From Pseudoalteromonas translucida KMM 520 (GTDB lineage Bacteria > Pseudomonadota > Gammaproteobacteria > Enterobacterales > Alteromonadaceae), in the NCBI RefSeq assembly GCF_001465295.1, contig NZ_CP011034.1, forward strand, positions 1,620,001 to 1,652,000: a stretch of 32,000 nt of DNA, read 5' to 3'. Position 1 is the first letter of the stretch; the number at the start of each line of letters is the position of its first letter. Both the position numbers and the translations under genes were made by a program. Of the stretch, positions 24,218-32,000 are shown piece after piece. The notes beneath the pieces are model-generated. The model was given only the letters and a program-made list of their open reading frames with translations, did not search any database and had not been told where the DNA came from.

Positions 24218-25494
24218 TGGAACAATTACGCTTAGAACCTATTTCGCGTGTTAATGGCAGCGTCACTCTGCCAGGTTCAAAAAGCTTATCAAACCGTATA
24301 TTGTTATTGGCGGCATTAGCGAATGGCACTACTGTTGTTGAAAACTTACTTGATAGCGACGATATACGCCATATGTTAGGCGCATTACAATTATTAGGTG
24401 TTAACGTTAGTTTAAATCAAGAGCGAACAGTTGCTACTGAACAAGGTGTTGGTGGGGTATTTAAAACCCCAAGAGAGCCTTTGTTTTTAGGTAATGCAGG
24501 TACGGCTTACCGCCCTTTAACGGCTGTACTTGCCGCAGTTGCTGGTGAATATGAACTGATTGGTGAGCCACGCATGGAAGAGCGCCCAATAGGGCATTTG
24601 GTCGATGCGCTGCAAGCACTTGGCGGTGATATTACTTACTGCAAAAATAAAGATTACCCACCGCTTAAAATTATAGGTGGGCAAATTAACGGTGGTGAAG
24701 TTGCCATTGACGGCAGTATATCAAGCCAGTTTTTAACAGCATTACTAATGGCTGCACCACTGTTTAACGGCGATACCAAAATAACGATTAAAGGCACTTT
24801 AGTATCTAAACCCTACATTGATATAACCCTTGATGTAATGGCACGCTTTGGAGTAGAAGTTGAACATAGTAATTATGCAACTTTTACCGTTAAAGGTGGT
24901 CAACAGTACCAGTCACTTGATCGCATTATGGTTGAAGGCGATGCGTCTTCTGCATCTTACTTTGTAGCCGCAGCTGCAATTGCCGGTGGCGAAATTGAAA
25001 TTAAAGGTGTTGGTGCTAAATCGGTGCAAGGCGATATTGGCTTTGCTAAAGTAATGGAACAAGTGGGTGCTAAAATAGATTGGTATGATGAGCGTTTAGT
25101 TGTTCGTAAAGGCGAGCTTAATGGCGTAGATATTGACGCCAATGCCATACCGGATGCAGCAATGACATTAGCCACTGTGGCACTTTTCGCTAAAGGCCCA
25201 ACGGCTATTCGTAATATTTATAATTGGCGCGTAAAAGAAACCGATAGACTACACGCTATGGCAACTGAGCTCAGAAAAGTGGGCGCAGAGGTTGTAGAAG
25301 GGCACGATTTTATAGAAATCACCCCGCCTAAACACTTTAACGATGTGGCAATTGATACTTACGATGACCATCGCATTGCCATGTGCTTTGCTATGATTGC
25401 CGTAGGTGGAAAGCCAATCACGATTAATGATCCTAAGTGTACTTATAAAACATTTCCGACATTTTTCAATGTATTAGCATCAGTTAGTGAGTAG
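24217..25494 (+). CDS. aroA: 3-phosphoshikimate 1-carboxyvinyltransferase (EPSP synthase, class I)
   Basis: The motifs [10 protein letters not shown] and [13 protein letters not shown] are present. A TAATG overlap with serC gives the conserved serC-aroA operon. Confidence 0.95.
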   Translation: MEQLRLEPISRVNGSVTLPGSKSLSNRILLLAALANGTTVVENLLDSDDIRHMLGALQLLGVNVSLNQERTVATEQGVGGVFKTPREPLFLGNAGTAYRPLTAVLAAVAGEYELIGEPRMEERPIGHLVDALQALGGDITYCKNKDYPPLKIIGGQINGGEVAIDGSISSQFLTALLMAAPLFNGDTKITIKGTLVSKPYIDITLDVMARFGVEVEHSNYATFTVKGGQQYQSLDRIMVEGDASSASYFVAAAAIAGGEIEIKGVGAKSVQGDIGFAKVMEQVGAKIDWYDERLVVRKGELNGVDIDANAIPDAAMTLATVALFAKGPTAIRNIYNWRVKETDRLHAMATELRKVGAEVVEGHDFIEITPPKHFNDVAIDTYDDHRIAMCFAMIAVGGKPITINDPKCTYKTFPTFFNVLASVSE

Positions 25495-25599
25495 GCTTTT
25501 GATGTTAATTGATAAAAAGTTACACACTAATAGCGATCTATTTAAATAACTGACGTATAATATTGCGGTTTACTTAGGTGTGCATTGTAGGAGGTTTAA

Positions 25600-26310
25600 A
25601 TGCAGGCGTTATTAATGCCCGTGATCACCGTAGATGGCCCAAGTGGTTCAGGTAAAGGAACTGTTTGTCGCTTGTTAGCCGAAAAGTTGGGATGGGATGT
25701 ACTTGATAGTGGCGCAATTTACCGCGTTTTATCACTAGCAGCACTTCACCATCAAATCGCATTAGATAACGAAGATGCATTAGTCCCCTTAGCTGCTAAT
25801 TTAGATGTGCAGTTTTTGGTAGATAGTCAAACTAGTGCAGGAAAGATTGTTTTAGAAGGTGAGGATGTAAGCACCACAATCCGTAACGAAGAAGTAGGCG
25901 CTGCAGCATCAAAAGTAGCAGCACTACCTCGCGTACGCGAAGCGTTATTACGTCGCCAACGCGCATTTAGAACTGAACGAGGTCTAATTGCTGATGGTCG
26001 CGATATGGGCACTGTGGTTTTTAAAGATGCACCGCTAAAAATATTTTTAACCGCCAGTGCACAAGAACGCGCCAAACGACGTTTTGTTGAGTTGAATGCT
26101 CGCGGTCTTAATGTTACACTGAGTGGTCTATTAAAAGACATTCAAGAGCGTGATGATCGCGATATGAATCGCGCCGTTGCGCCACTTGTGCCTGCAGAGG
26201 ATGCTATTGAGCTTGATACTAGCGAGCTTAATGCACAGCAAGTATATGATAAGGTATTAACTTTATTGGATGCGGCTATCTCTGAAGGTCGGCTTCCTAA
26301 ACGAAGCTAA
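25600..26310 (+). CDS. cmk: Cytidylate kinase
   Basis: The ORF has the P-loop [13 protein letters not shown] and the motif LDSGAIYR, and it is collinear with E. coli Cmk. A strong SD (AGGAGG) lies 5 nt upstream. Confidence 0.94.
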   Translation: MQALLMPVITVDGPSGSGKGTVCRLLAEKLGWDVLDSGAIYRVLSLAALHHQIALDNEDALVPLAANLDVQFLVDSQTSAGKIVLEGEDVSTTIRNEEVGAAASKVAALPRVREALLRRQRAFRTERGLIADGRDMGTVVFKDAPLKIFLTASAQERAKRRFVELNARGLNVTLSGLLKDIQERDDRDMNRAVAPLVPAEDAIELDTSELNAQQVYDKVLTLLDAAISEGRLPKRS

Positions 26311-26405
26311 ACACATTTTATGCACCAGCAGGATGCCAGTGCTATTTTAACAACCCCATGCAGCATGGTTGCTTATTGGTATAATATATAGAGACGTATA
26401 TTCGT

Positions 26406-28073
26406 ATGTCAGAAAATTTTGCGCAGTTATTTGAAGAAAGCTTAAAGGGTTTTGAAGCAGAGCAAGGCTCTATCGTTAAAGGTACAGTAATCTCAATCGA
26501 GAACAACATTGTACTTGTAGATGCTGGTCTTAAATCAGAAAGTGCTATCCCTGCTGAGCAGTTCAAAAATGCTGCTGGTGAACTTGAAGTTGCTGTTGGC
26601 GACGAAGTAGATGTTGCACTAGATGCAATTGAAGACGGTTTCGGTGAAACTATCCTTTCTCGTGAGAAAGCGAAGCGTCACGAAGCGTGGATCCGTCTTG
26701 AGAAAGCATGTGAAGAGCAAGAAACTGTTACTGGTGTTATCAACGGTAAAGTTAAAGGCGGTTTCACAGTTGAAGTTGATTCAATCCGTGCTTTCCTACC
26801 TGGTTCACTTGTTGATGTTCGTCCAGTACGTGACACAACTCACCTTGAAGGCAAAGAGCTTGAATTTAAAGTAATCAAGCTTGATCAAAAACGTAACAAC
26901 GTTGTTGTTTCACGTCGTGCAGTTATCGAATCTGAAAACTCACAAGAACGTGAAGAGCTTCTTGCTAACCTTGTTGAAGGCCAAGAAGTTAAAGGTATCG
27001 TTAAGAACCTTACTGACTACGGTGCATTCGTTGACCTTGGTGGTGTTGATGGTCTACTACACATTACTGATATGGCGTGGAAGCGTGTTAAGCACCCTTC
27101 AGAAATCGTTAATGTTGGCGACGAAATCGCAGTTAAAGTTCTTAAATTCGACAAAGATAAAACTCGTGTATCTCTAGGCCTTAAACAGCTTGGCGAAGAT
27201 CCATGGGCAGCTATCGCTGGTCGTTACCCAGAAGGTTCTAAACTTTCTGGTCGTGTTACTAACCTTACAGATTACGGCTGTTTCGTGGAAATCGAAGAAG
27301 GCGTTGAAGGTTTAGTTCACGTTTCTGAAATGGATTGGACTAACAAGAACATCCATCCTTCAAAAGTTGTTAGCCTTGGCGACAGCGTTGAAGTTATGGT
27401 TCTTGAAATTGACGAAGAACGTCGTCGTATTTCTCTTGGTCTTAAGCAATGTATTGCTAATCCTTGGCAGGAATTTGCTCGTCTACAAAACAAAGGCGAT
27501 CAAGTTACTGGTAAGATCAAATCAATCACTGACTTCGGTATCTTTATCGGTCTTGACGGTGGTATTGATGGTCTTGTACACCTTTCAGACATTTCTTGGA
27601 ATACACCTGGCGAAGACGCTGTACGTGAATTCAAGAAAGGCGACGAAATCACTGCTATCGTATTGCAAGTTGACCCAGAGCGCGAACGTATCTCTCTAGG
27701 TGTTAAGCAAATCGAAGCTGACCCATTCAATAACTACCTTGATGCAAACAAAAAAGGTGCTATTGTTAAAGGTAAAGTGACTGAAGTTGATGCTAAAGGC
27801 GCAACTATTGAACTTATCGAAGGCGTTGAAGGTTACATCCGTGTAGCTGATATCGCTCAAGAGCGCGTTGAAGATGCAACTACTGTTGTTTCTGTAGGCG
27901 ACGAAATTGAAGTTAAATATGTTGGTGTTGATCGCAAGAACCGCACTTTAAGCTTATCTGTTAAAGCTCTTTTCGAAGCTGAAGAGAAAGAAGTAATAGA
28001 AAAGCTTAAGAAAGACGAGCCAGTGTTTGAAAACGCAATGGCTGCTGCTTTCGCAAATGCACAAAAAGACTAA
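26406..28073 (+). CDS. rpsA: 30S ribosomal protein S1
   Basis: The 555-aa ORF has six S1 repeats, starts [13 protein letters not shown] and shows strong codon bias. As is known for rpsA, no canonical SD is present. An extended -10 (TGgTATAAT) lies at about 26376-26384. Confidence 0.97.
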   Translation: MSENFAQLFEESLKGFEAEQGSIVKGTVISIENNIVLVDAGLKSESAIPAEQFKNAAGELEVAVGDEVDVALDAIEDGFGETILSREKAKRHEAWIRLEKACEEQETVTGVINGKVKGGFTVEVDSIRAFLPGSLVDVRPVRDTTHLEGKELEFKVIKLDQKRNNVVVSRRAVIESENSQEREELLANLVEGQEVKGIVKNLTDYGAFVDLGGVDGLLHITDMAWKRVKHPSEIVNVGDEIAVKVLKFDKDKTRVSLGLKQLGEDPWAAIAGRYPEGSKLSGRVTNLTDYGCFVEIEEGVEGLVHVSEMDWTNKNIHPSKVVSLGDSVEVMVLEIDEERRRISLGLKQCIANPWQEFARLQNKGDQVTGKIKSITDFGIFIGLDGGIDGLVHLSDISWNTPGEDAVREFKKGDEITAIVLQVDPERERISLGVKQIEADPFNNYLDANKKGAIVKGKVTEVDAKGATIELIEGVEGYIRVADIAQERVEDATTVVSVGDEIEVKYVGVDRKNRTLSLSVKALFEAEEKEVIEKLKKDEPVFENAMAAAFANAQKD

Positions 28074-28090
28074 TTAATCAGTCTTTAATT

Positions 28091-28125
28091 GGAAGGGCAG
28101 TTTATGCCCTTCCATTATTTCTTTT
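28091..28125 (+). terminator. Intrinsic terminator/attenuator after rpsA
   Basis: GGAAGGGCA-gttta-TGCCCTTCC is a 9-bp stem followed by attatttctttt. Confidence 0.8.
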
Positions 28126-28136
28126 AAGGAAATGCT

Positions 28137-28424
28137 ATGACTAAGTCAGAACTGATAGAAACACTTGCACAGCAACACGCACACGTTCCAGTGAAAGATG
28201 TTGAGAATGCAGTAAAAGAAATTCTTGAACAAATGGCCGGCTCATTATCTTCTTCAGATCGTATTGAGATCAGAGGTTTTGGTAGTTTTTCTTTGCATTA
28301 CCGTGCTCCACGTACTGGTCGTAACCCTAAGACTGGTGAAACAGTAGAGCTAGATGGTAAACATGTACCACATTTTAAACCAGGTAAAGAATTACGTGAT
28401 CGTGTAAACGAGAGCATTGCCTAG
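28137..28424 (+). CDS. ihfB: Integration host factor subunit beta
   Basis: The 95-aa ORF reads MTKSELIE…, with [23 protein letters not shown] and [14 protein letters not shown]. Confidence 0.96.
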   Translation: MTKSELIETLAQQHAHVPVKDVENAVKEILEQMAGSLSSSDRIEIRGFGSFSLHYRAPRTGRNPKTGETVELDGKHVPHFKPGKELRDRVNESIA

Positions 28425-28446
28425 TTAACTTATTGGAGTAGGGTAC

Positions 28447-28728
28447 TTGTTTAAGGTATTAAAAATTATTCTGGTTGCACTTTGCTTGATCAGTGCATTT
28501 GTATTGGGTTCTCAAAATCCACAATTAGTACAAATAAACTATATTATAGCCAGCAATACATTGCCTTTAGCCGTTATAATAAGTATTTGCTTTTTATTAG
28601 GTGTTGTAATTGGTTGTTTTGTAAGCTTTAAATTGTTTTCACAACTTAAGTGGCAAAATTATCGTTTAAAAAAACAGTTAGCACCTGAACAAAATAAAAA
28701 AAAGCCTGCTGCTGATAAAGACTCATAA
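28447..28728 (+). CDS. lapA: Lipopolysaccharide assembly protein A (YciS)
   Basis: The 93-aa ORF has two TM segments and a basic C-terminal tail, and it sits immediately upstream of lapB. It uses a TTG start with GGAG 9 nt upstream. Confidence 0.75.
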   Translation: MFKVLKIILVALCLISAFVLGSQNPQLVQINYIIASNTLPLAVIISICFLLGVVIGCFVSFKLFSQLKWQNYRLKKQLAPEQNKKKPAADKDS

Positions 28729-28730
28729 TT

Positions 28731-29867
28731 ATGATTGAGCTGTTATTTTTACTACTTCCTGTGGCTGCCGGTTACGGCTGGATAATGGGAAAAAACAGTG
28801 CTAAAAATCAAGCTCATCAATTTAATCGGCAGATCACCTCTGAATATAGTAAAGGCTTAAAGTTTTTACTCGATAGGGAAGAAGATCAAGGCCTTGAACA
28901 TTTAATTAATTTACTAGAAGTTGCAGCTGACTCGGTTGAACATTATTCAACGCTTGCAACTATGTTTCGTCGCAGAGGCGAGCTAGACCGCGCAATAAAA
29001 ATTCACGAACTCCTTTTAAAACACCCAAGTCTTAATGAGCAACAAGCTGCTGCCAGTCGTTTAGAATTAGCAGAAGATTATGTTATGGCTGGGCTATTAG
29101 ATAGTGCCGAAGAGCATTTAGTTTGGCTTGTTAAAATGGACCACAGTGAAGCATTAGATCCTATTATCACTCTATATTCGCAAACCCGAGAGTGGCAAAA
29201 AGGGATTAATATGTTTGAAGCGCATAGTGAATTATTTTCAAAAGAACAACACTTTAAAGCCATAGCTAACTTTTACTGTGAGCTGGCGTTAAGTGATAAT
29301 AACCCCTCATTAATGCGCAAAGCCATTAGTTTGAATCATAAAGCGATACGTCCTTTATACGAACTTGGTTTGTCTGCATATACTAAAGAAGACTACGTAA
29401 AAGCAATTTACTATTGGCGCGAATTAATTTGCCAATTTACATTTTTTGCTCCCTTATTTGTCGACAAATTAGCACATTGCTATAAGCATCTAAATTTAAC
29501 TCATCAATTTCATCAGCTGGTCAGTGAGTTACTCGACAAAGGTGGCGTGCTAATAAAAATACAACATTGCCAAGCTTTATTAGAGCAAGGTAATACAGAG
29601 CAAGCTTTTGAATTTTTAACTGATAGCTTAAAGCGCCAACCAACCATACGCGGGTTTAGTTTTTTATTACAACTAATGGGCGCTCAAGATAAAAACACTA
29701 AAGATGTGCTCGACCAAATAGATAAACTGGTCACCTCTTATATTGCCACCAAACCAGACTTTCAATGTCAGCATTGTGGCTTTACTAGTTATACAATTTA
29801 TTGGAATTGTCCTTCTTGCAAGCATTGGGAAACTACTGTACCAAGCAAGGGCTTAGACGGATTTTAA
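28731..29867 (+). CDS. lapB: Lipopolysaccharide assembly protein B (YciM), TPR plus C-terminal rubredoxin-like zinc finger
   Basis: The ORF has an N-terminal TM segment, TPR-like repeats and a C-terminal CQHCGF…WNCPSCKHW motif. The lapA-lapB-pyrF synteny is conserved. Confidence 0.9.
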   Translation: MIELLFLLLPVAAGYGWIMGKNSAKNQAHQFNRQITSEYSKGLKFLLDREEDQGLEHLINLLEVAADSVEHYSTLATMFRRRGELDRAIKIHELLLKHPSLNEQQAAASRLELAEDYVMAGLLDSAEEHLVWLVKMDHSEALDPIITLYSQTREWQKGINMFEAHSELFSKEQHFKAIANFYCELALSDNNPSLMRKAISLNHKAIRPLYELGLSAYTKEDYVKAIYYWRELICQFTFFAPLFVDKLAHCYKHLNLTHQFHQLVSELLDKGGVLIKIQHCQALLEQGNTEQAFEFLTDSLKRQPTIRGFSFLLQLMGAQDKNTKDVLDQIDKLVTSYIATKPDFQCQHCGFTSYTIYWNCPSCKHWETTVPSKGLDGF

Positions 29868-29912
29868 TCTTTTAGTTTTCAAATAACACTTTCGCTATAA
29901 AGTAGGATAGTT

Positions 29913-30617
29913 ATGCCTTTCGAAAAATCAAAAAAAATTCTTATTGCACTCGATTACGATGATCAGCAAGCCGCTTTAGACTTTGTAAAACAGCTATCAC
30001 CTGATTCATGTCGCCTTAAAGTAGGTAAAGAAATGTTTACTTACTTTGGCCCTGCATTTGTAAAAGAGTTAATTGATTTAGGTTTTGATGTATTTTTAGA
30101 TTTAAAATTTCATGATATTCCTAATACAGTGGCAAAAGCAGTGACTGCAGCGGCAAAAATGGGTGTATGGATGGTTAATGTACATGCAAGTGGTGGCTTT
30201 GAGATGATGAGTAAAGCAAAACAAGCACTAGCTCCATTTGGCGATAAAGCCCCATTATTAATTGCTGTTACCGTGCTAACGAGTATGGATGAGACAGAGT
30301 TAAAGCGTTTAGGCGTAGAAAAAACACCACAAGAGCAAGTTATTTATTTAGCGAAGCTGGCAAAAGAAGCGGGGCTTGATGGTGTTGTTTGCTCTGCTCA
30401 AGAAGCACAACAATTAAAAGCAGAGTTAGGCGTAGGCTTTAAGCTAGTAACGCCTGGTATTCGCCCAGTAGGAAGTGATGCCGGCGATCAAAAACGCATT
30501 ATGACTCCTAAACAAGCTATAGATGCAGGTAGCGATTACTTGGTGATCGGACGTCCAATTACTCAAGCAGACAATCCTGTTGCTGTTTTAGCAGATGTTA
30601 ATAAATCTATAGAATAA
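29913..30617 (+). CDS. pyrF: Orotidine 5'-phosphate decarboxylase
   Basis: The ORF has LDYDD…, the catalytic motif [11 protein letters not shown] and the C-terminal motif LVIGRPIT. Confidence 0.95.
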   Translation: MPFEKSKKILIALDYDDQQAALDFVKQLSPDSCRLKVGKEMFTYFGPAFVKELIDLGFDVFLDLKFHDIPNTVAKAVTAAAKMGVWMVNVHASGGFEMMSKAKQALAPFGDKAPLLIAVTVLTSMDETELKRLGVEKTPQEQVIYLAKLAKEAGLDGVVCSAQEAQQLKAELGVGFKLVTPGIRPVGSDAGDQKRIMTPKQAIDAGSDYLVIGRPITQADNPVAVLADVNKSIE

Positions 30618-30662
30618 CTTAACAAAAATTCAGACTTTATTGCCAGAACCCTTGCGAGATGT

Positions 30663-31085
30663 TTGTTTTATGTTACATTAATAAAATCAAAATGCAGTAA
30701 GGGTTTTATTTTGAGACTAATATTAGGTTCTATAGTGATTATTGTTGCTGGGTTTTCAGTAAACAAATATGTTTTTTCTAGTAAAGTGTATGATGGAGTG
30801 ACGACAGTTACGGATATTGTTGCTATATATCCCGTAAATATATTCGATTTTAAACAAACAATGCAAAATTACGCATATCACCTTTGTTATAAAAATGAGG
30901 ATAGATTAAGTCAGCAGCATGTATCTACAAATGAATGTGTAGATAGCCACGATAGCCTTAAACGAGAGTGTGAAGATAAAGTGTTTCGTTTAGCGCCATT
31001 AAATTTACAAAATAAAGAAGACGTACTCAATTACTCTAAGCAATATACACAATGTACTTTGCCGTATAAATATATTATTGGGTAG
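30663..31085 (+). CDS. Hypothetical protein with an N-terminal membrane anchor and a Cys-containing soluble part
   Basis: The 140-aa ORF depends on a TTG start and its true start is uncertain. It has a hydrophobic segment (ILRLILGSIVIIVAGFSV) and five Cys in the C-terminal part. The stretch is AT-rich and I recognise no family. Confidence 0.35.
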   Translation: MFYVTLIKSKCSKGFILRLILGSIVIIVAGFSVNKYVFSSKVYDGVTTVTDIVAIYPVNIFDFKQTMQNYAYHLCYKNEDRLSQQHVSTNECVDSHDSLKRECEDKVFRLAPLNLQNKEDVLNYSKQYTQCTLPYKYIIG

Positions 31086-31149
31086 TGAAAGGTTAGTTAT
31101 AAGCGCAAAGTGCAGCACTTAGGCTACACTCAACGCATAATAATAAATA

Positions 31150-31980
31150 TTATTTTAAGCGAATGGATTTCGCTTCAATTTCTATCAATCCTAGTTTAAA
31201 TAATCCACCAATTGCCTTTTTATAATTAGCTTTACTGGTCGAAAATATTTTCTTAATTGTTTCAGGATCTGACTTATCGCCTAAAGCAATAACGCCACCT
31301 TCCTCTTTTAGCTTCTCCATTATAACATCGCCAAGGTTACTAACTTTAGCCATACCTGGTTTCTCTAAAACAACGTCAATTTTGCCATCTTCACGTACTT
31401 TTTGAATAAAGCCTTTTAATTTTTGCCCTACAAATAAGCTTTTAAATACCATATTGTAAAAAATAACACCAAAGTGAGATTCTTCAATAAGGACTTTGTA
31501 ACCAATGTCTGTTTTGCCGGCTATGATCAAATCGACTTCTTGTAAATGAGTATATTGCGGCTCATCTTTAGATAAAAAACGATTAAAGTTGTTTGATGCA
31601 CAAATACGCTTACTGGCATTATCTAGGTACAAACGCACTAAATACGAATGGCCTTCTTGCATACGCGGTTTTTGCTCATTAAACGGCGCTAGTACATCTT
31701 TTTCTAAGCCCCAATCTAAAAAGGCACCAATACTATTAATTTCTTTAACACGCAGTAGGGCATATTCACCTACTTGTGCATGAGGCTTTTTAATTGTTGC
31801 TGTAGGTAAATTAGCATTATCTAAAAATATAAATACGCTAATGCTATCACCAGCTTCAAGCTCATGTTTTATTTCTTGTTTTGGTAAAAATACTTCGCCT
31901 AAATCGTGGCCGTCTAGGTAAGCACCTTCGTTACTAACTTCTTTTACAAATAAGGTTTGTGTGGTTCCAAGGTAACTCAT
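31150..31980 (-). CDS. S1-domain RNA-binding protein, CvfB/YitL family
   Basis: The 276-aa ORF has repeated S1-like segments. Its C-terminal winged-helix-like tail (…DPETIKKIFSTSKANYKKAIGGLFKLGLIEIE) resembles the S. aureus CvfB C-terminus (SPEAIKEVFNMSKGSFKRAIGHLYKQKIINIE). Confidence 0.7.
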   Translation of the reverse strand: MSYLGTTQTLFVKEVSNEGAYLDGHDLGEVFLPKQEIKHELEAGDSISVFIFLDNANLPTATIKKPHAQVGEYALLRVKEINSIGAFLDWGLEKDVLAPFNEQKPRMQEGHSYLVRLYLDNASKRICASNNFNRFLSKDEPQYTHLQEVDLIIAGKTDIGYKVLIEESHFGVIFYNMVFKSLFVGQKLKGFIQKVREDGKIDVVLEKPGMAKVSNLGDVIMEKLKEEGGVIALGDKSDPETIKKIFSTSKANYKKAIGGLFKLGLIEIEAKSIRLK

Positions 31981-32000
31981 AATTATTCCTGTTCAGGCTT

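Noticed and set aside
26311-26405. Missing Shine-Dalgarno upstream of rpsA as an anomaly
   Set aside because: SD-independent, autoregulated initiation is an established property of gammaproteobacterial rpsA and is not unusual.
26623-27699. Three plus-strand ORFs (26623-26874, 26881-27177, 27367-27699) and minus-strand ORFs inside rpsA
   Set aside because: They are off-frame shadow ORFs within a strongly codon-biased, unambiguous S1 gene. Their Leu/Val/Lys-rich, low-complexity translations are typical frame artefacts.
1-32000. CRISPR arrays, long tandem repeats, IS elements or transposases, prophage, toxin-antitoxin or restriction/defence gene sets
   Set aside because: Reading both strands by eye, I found no regularly spaced direct repeats. 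No ORF carries nuclease, integrase, transposase or defence hallmarks. All ORFs above 200 aa are accounted for by housekeeping functions, the TonB receptor or the pilin cluster.

Overview
The window is about 40% GC and looks like gammaproteobacterial (Alteromonadales, Pseudoalteromonas-like) core chromosome. That placement is inferred from gene content and synteny, with no search run. Almost all large ORFs are recognisable housekeeping genes. On the minus strand: ansA' (5' end only), sppA, a TonB-dependent receptor, yfaE-nrdB-nrdA, gph-ubiG and a CvfB-like gene. On the plus strand: fadH, a ydjA-like nitroreductase, tRNA-Ser(UGA), fklB, gyrA, serC-aroA and cmk-rpsA-ihfB-lapA-lapB-pyrF. The only accessory-looking block is a five-gene type IV minor-pilin cluster (pilE-like, fimT/U, pilV, pilW, oversized pilX-like) at 10.3-13.7 kb. 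I found no CRISPR array, integrase, transposase, toxin-antitoxin pair or defence-like gene set, and I cannot support a claim of a novel multi-gene system. Five things are unusual. (1) The complete nrdA regulatory module (265 bp, from the -10 to the distal NrdR-box pair) is duplicated without gaps exactly 663 bp upstream. The orphan copy keeps an intact -35/-10 and a perfect DnaA box, and it faces a roughly 300-nt AT-rich segment that ends in an intrinsic terminator, so it is a candidate NrdR/DnaA-controlled small transcript. (2) Two copies of a 163/195-bp fold-back (MITE-like) element bracket the tRNA-Ser segment. (3) The 532-aa PilX-like minor pilin carries a large repeat-rich C-terminal domain, and the cluster has no pilY1. 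(4) A His-rich TonB receptor lies behind two Zur-box-like palindromes. (5) A FadR-like operator sits just upstream of fadH and argues for a later start codon. All identities quoted are hand counts from the sequence shown.
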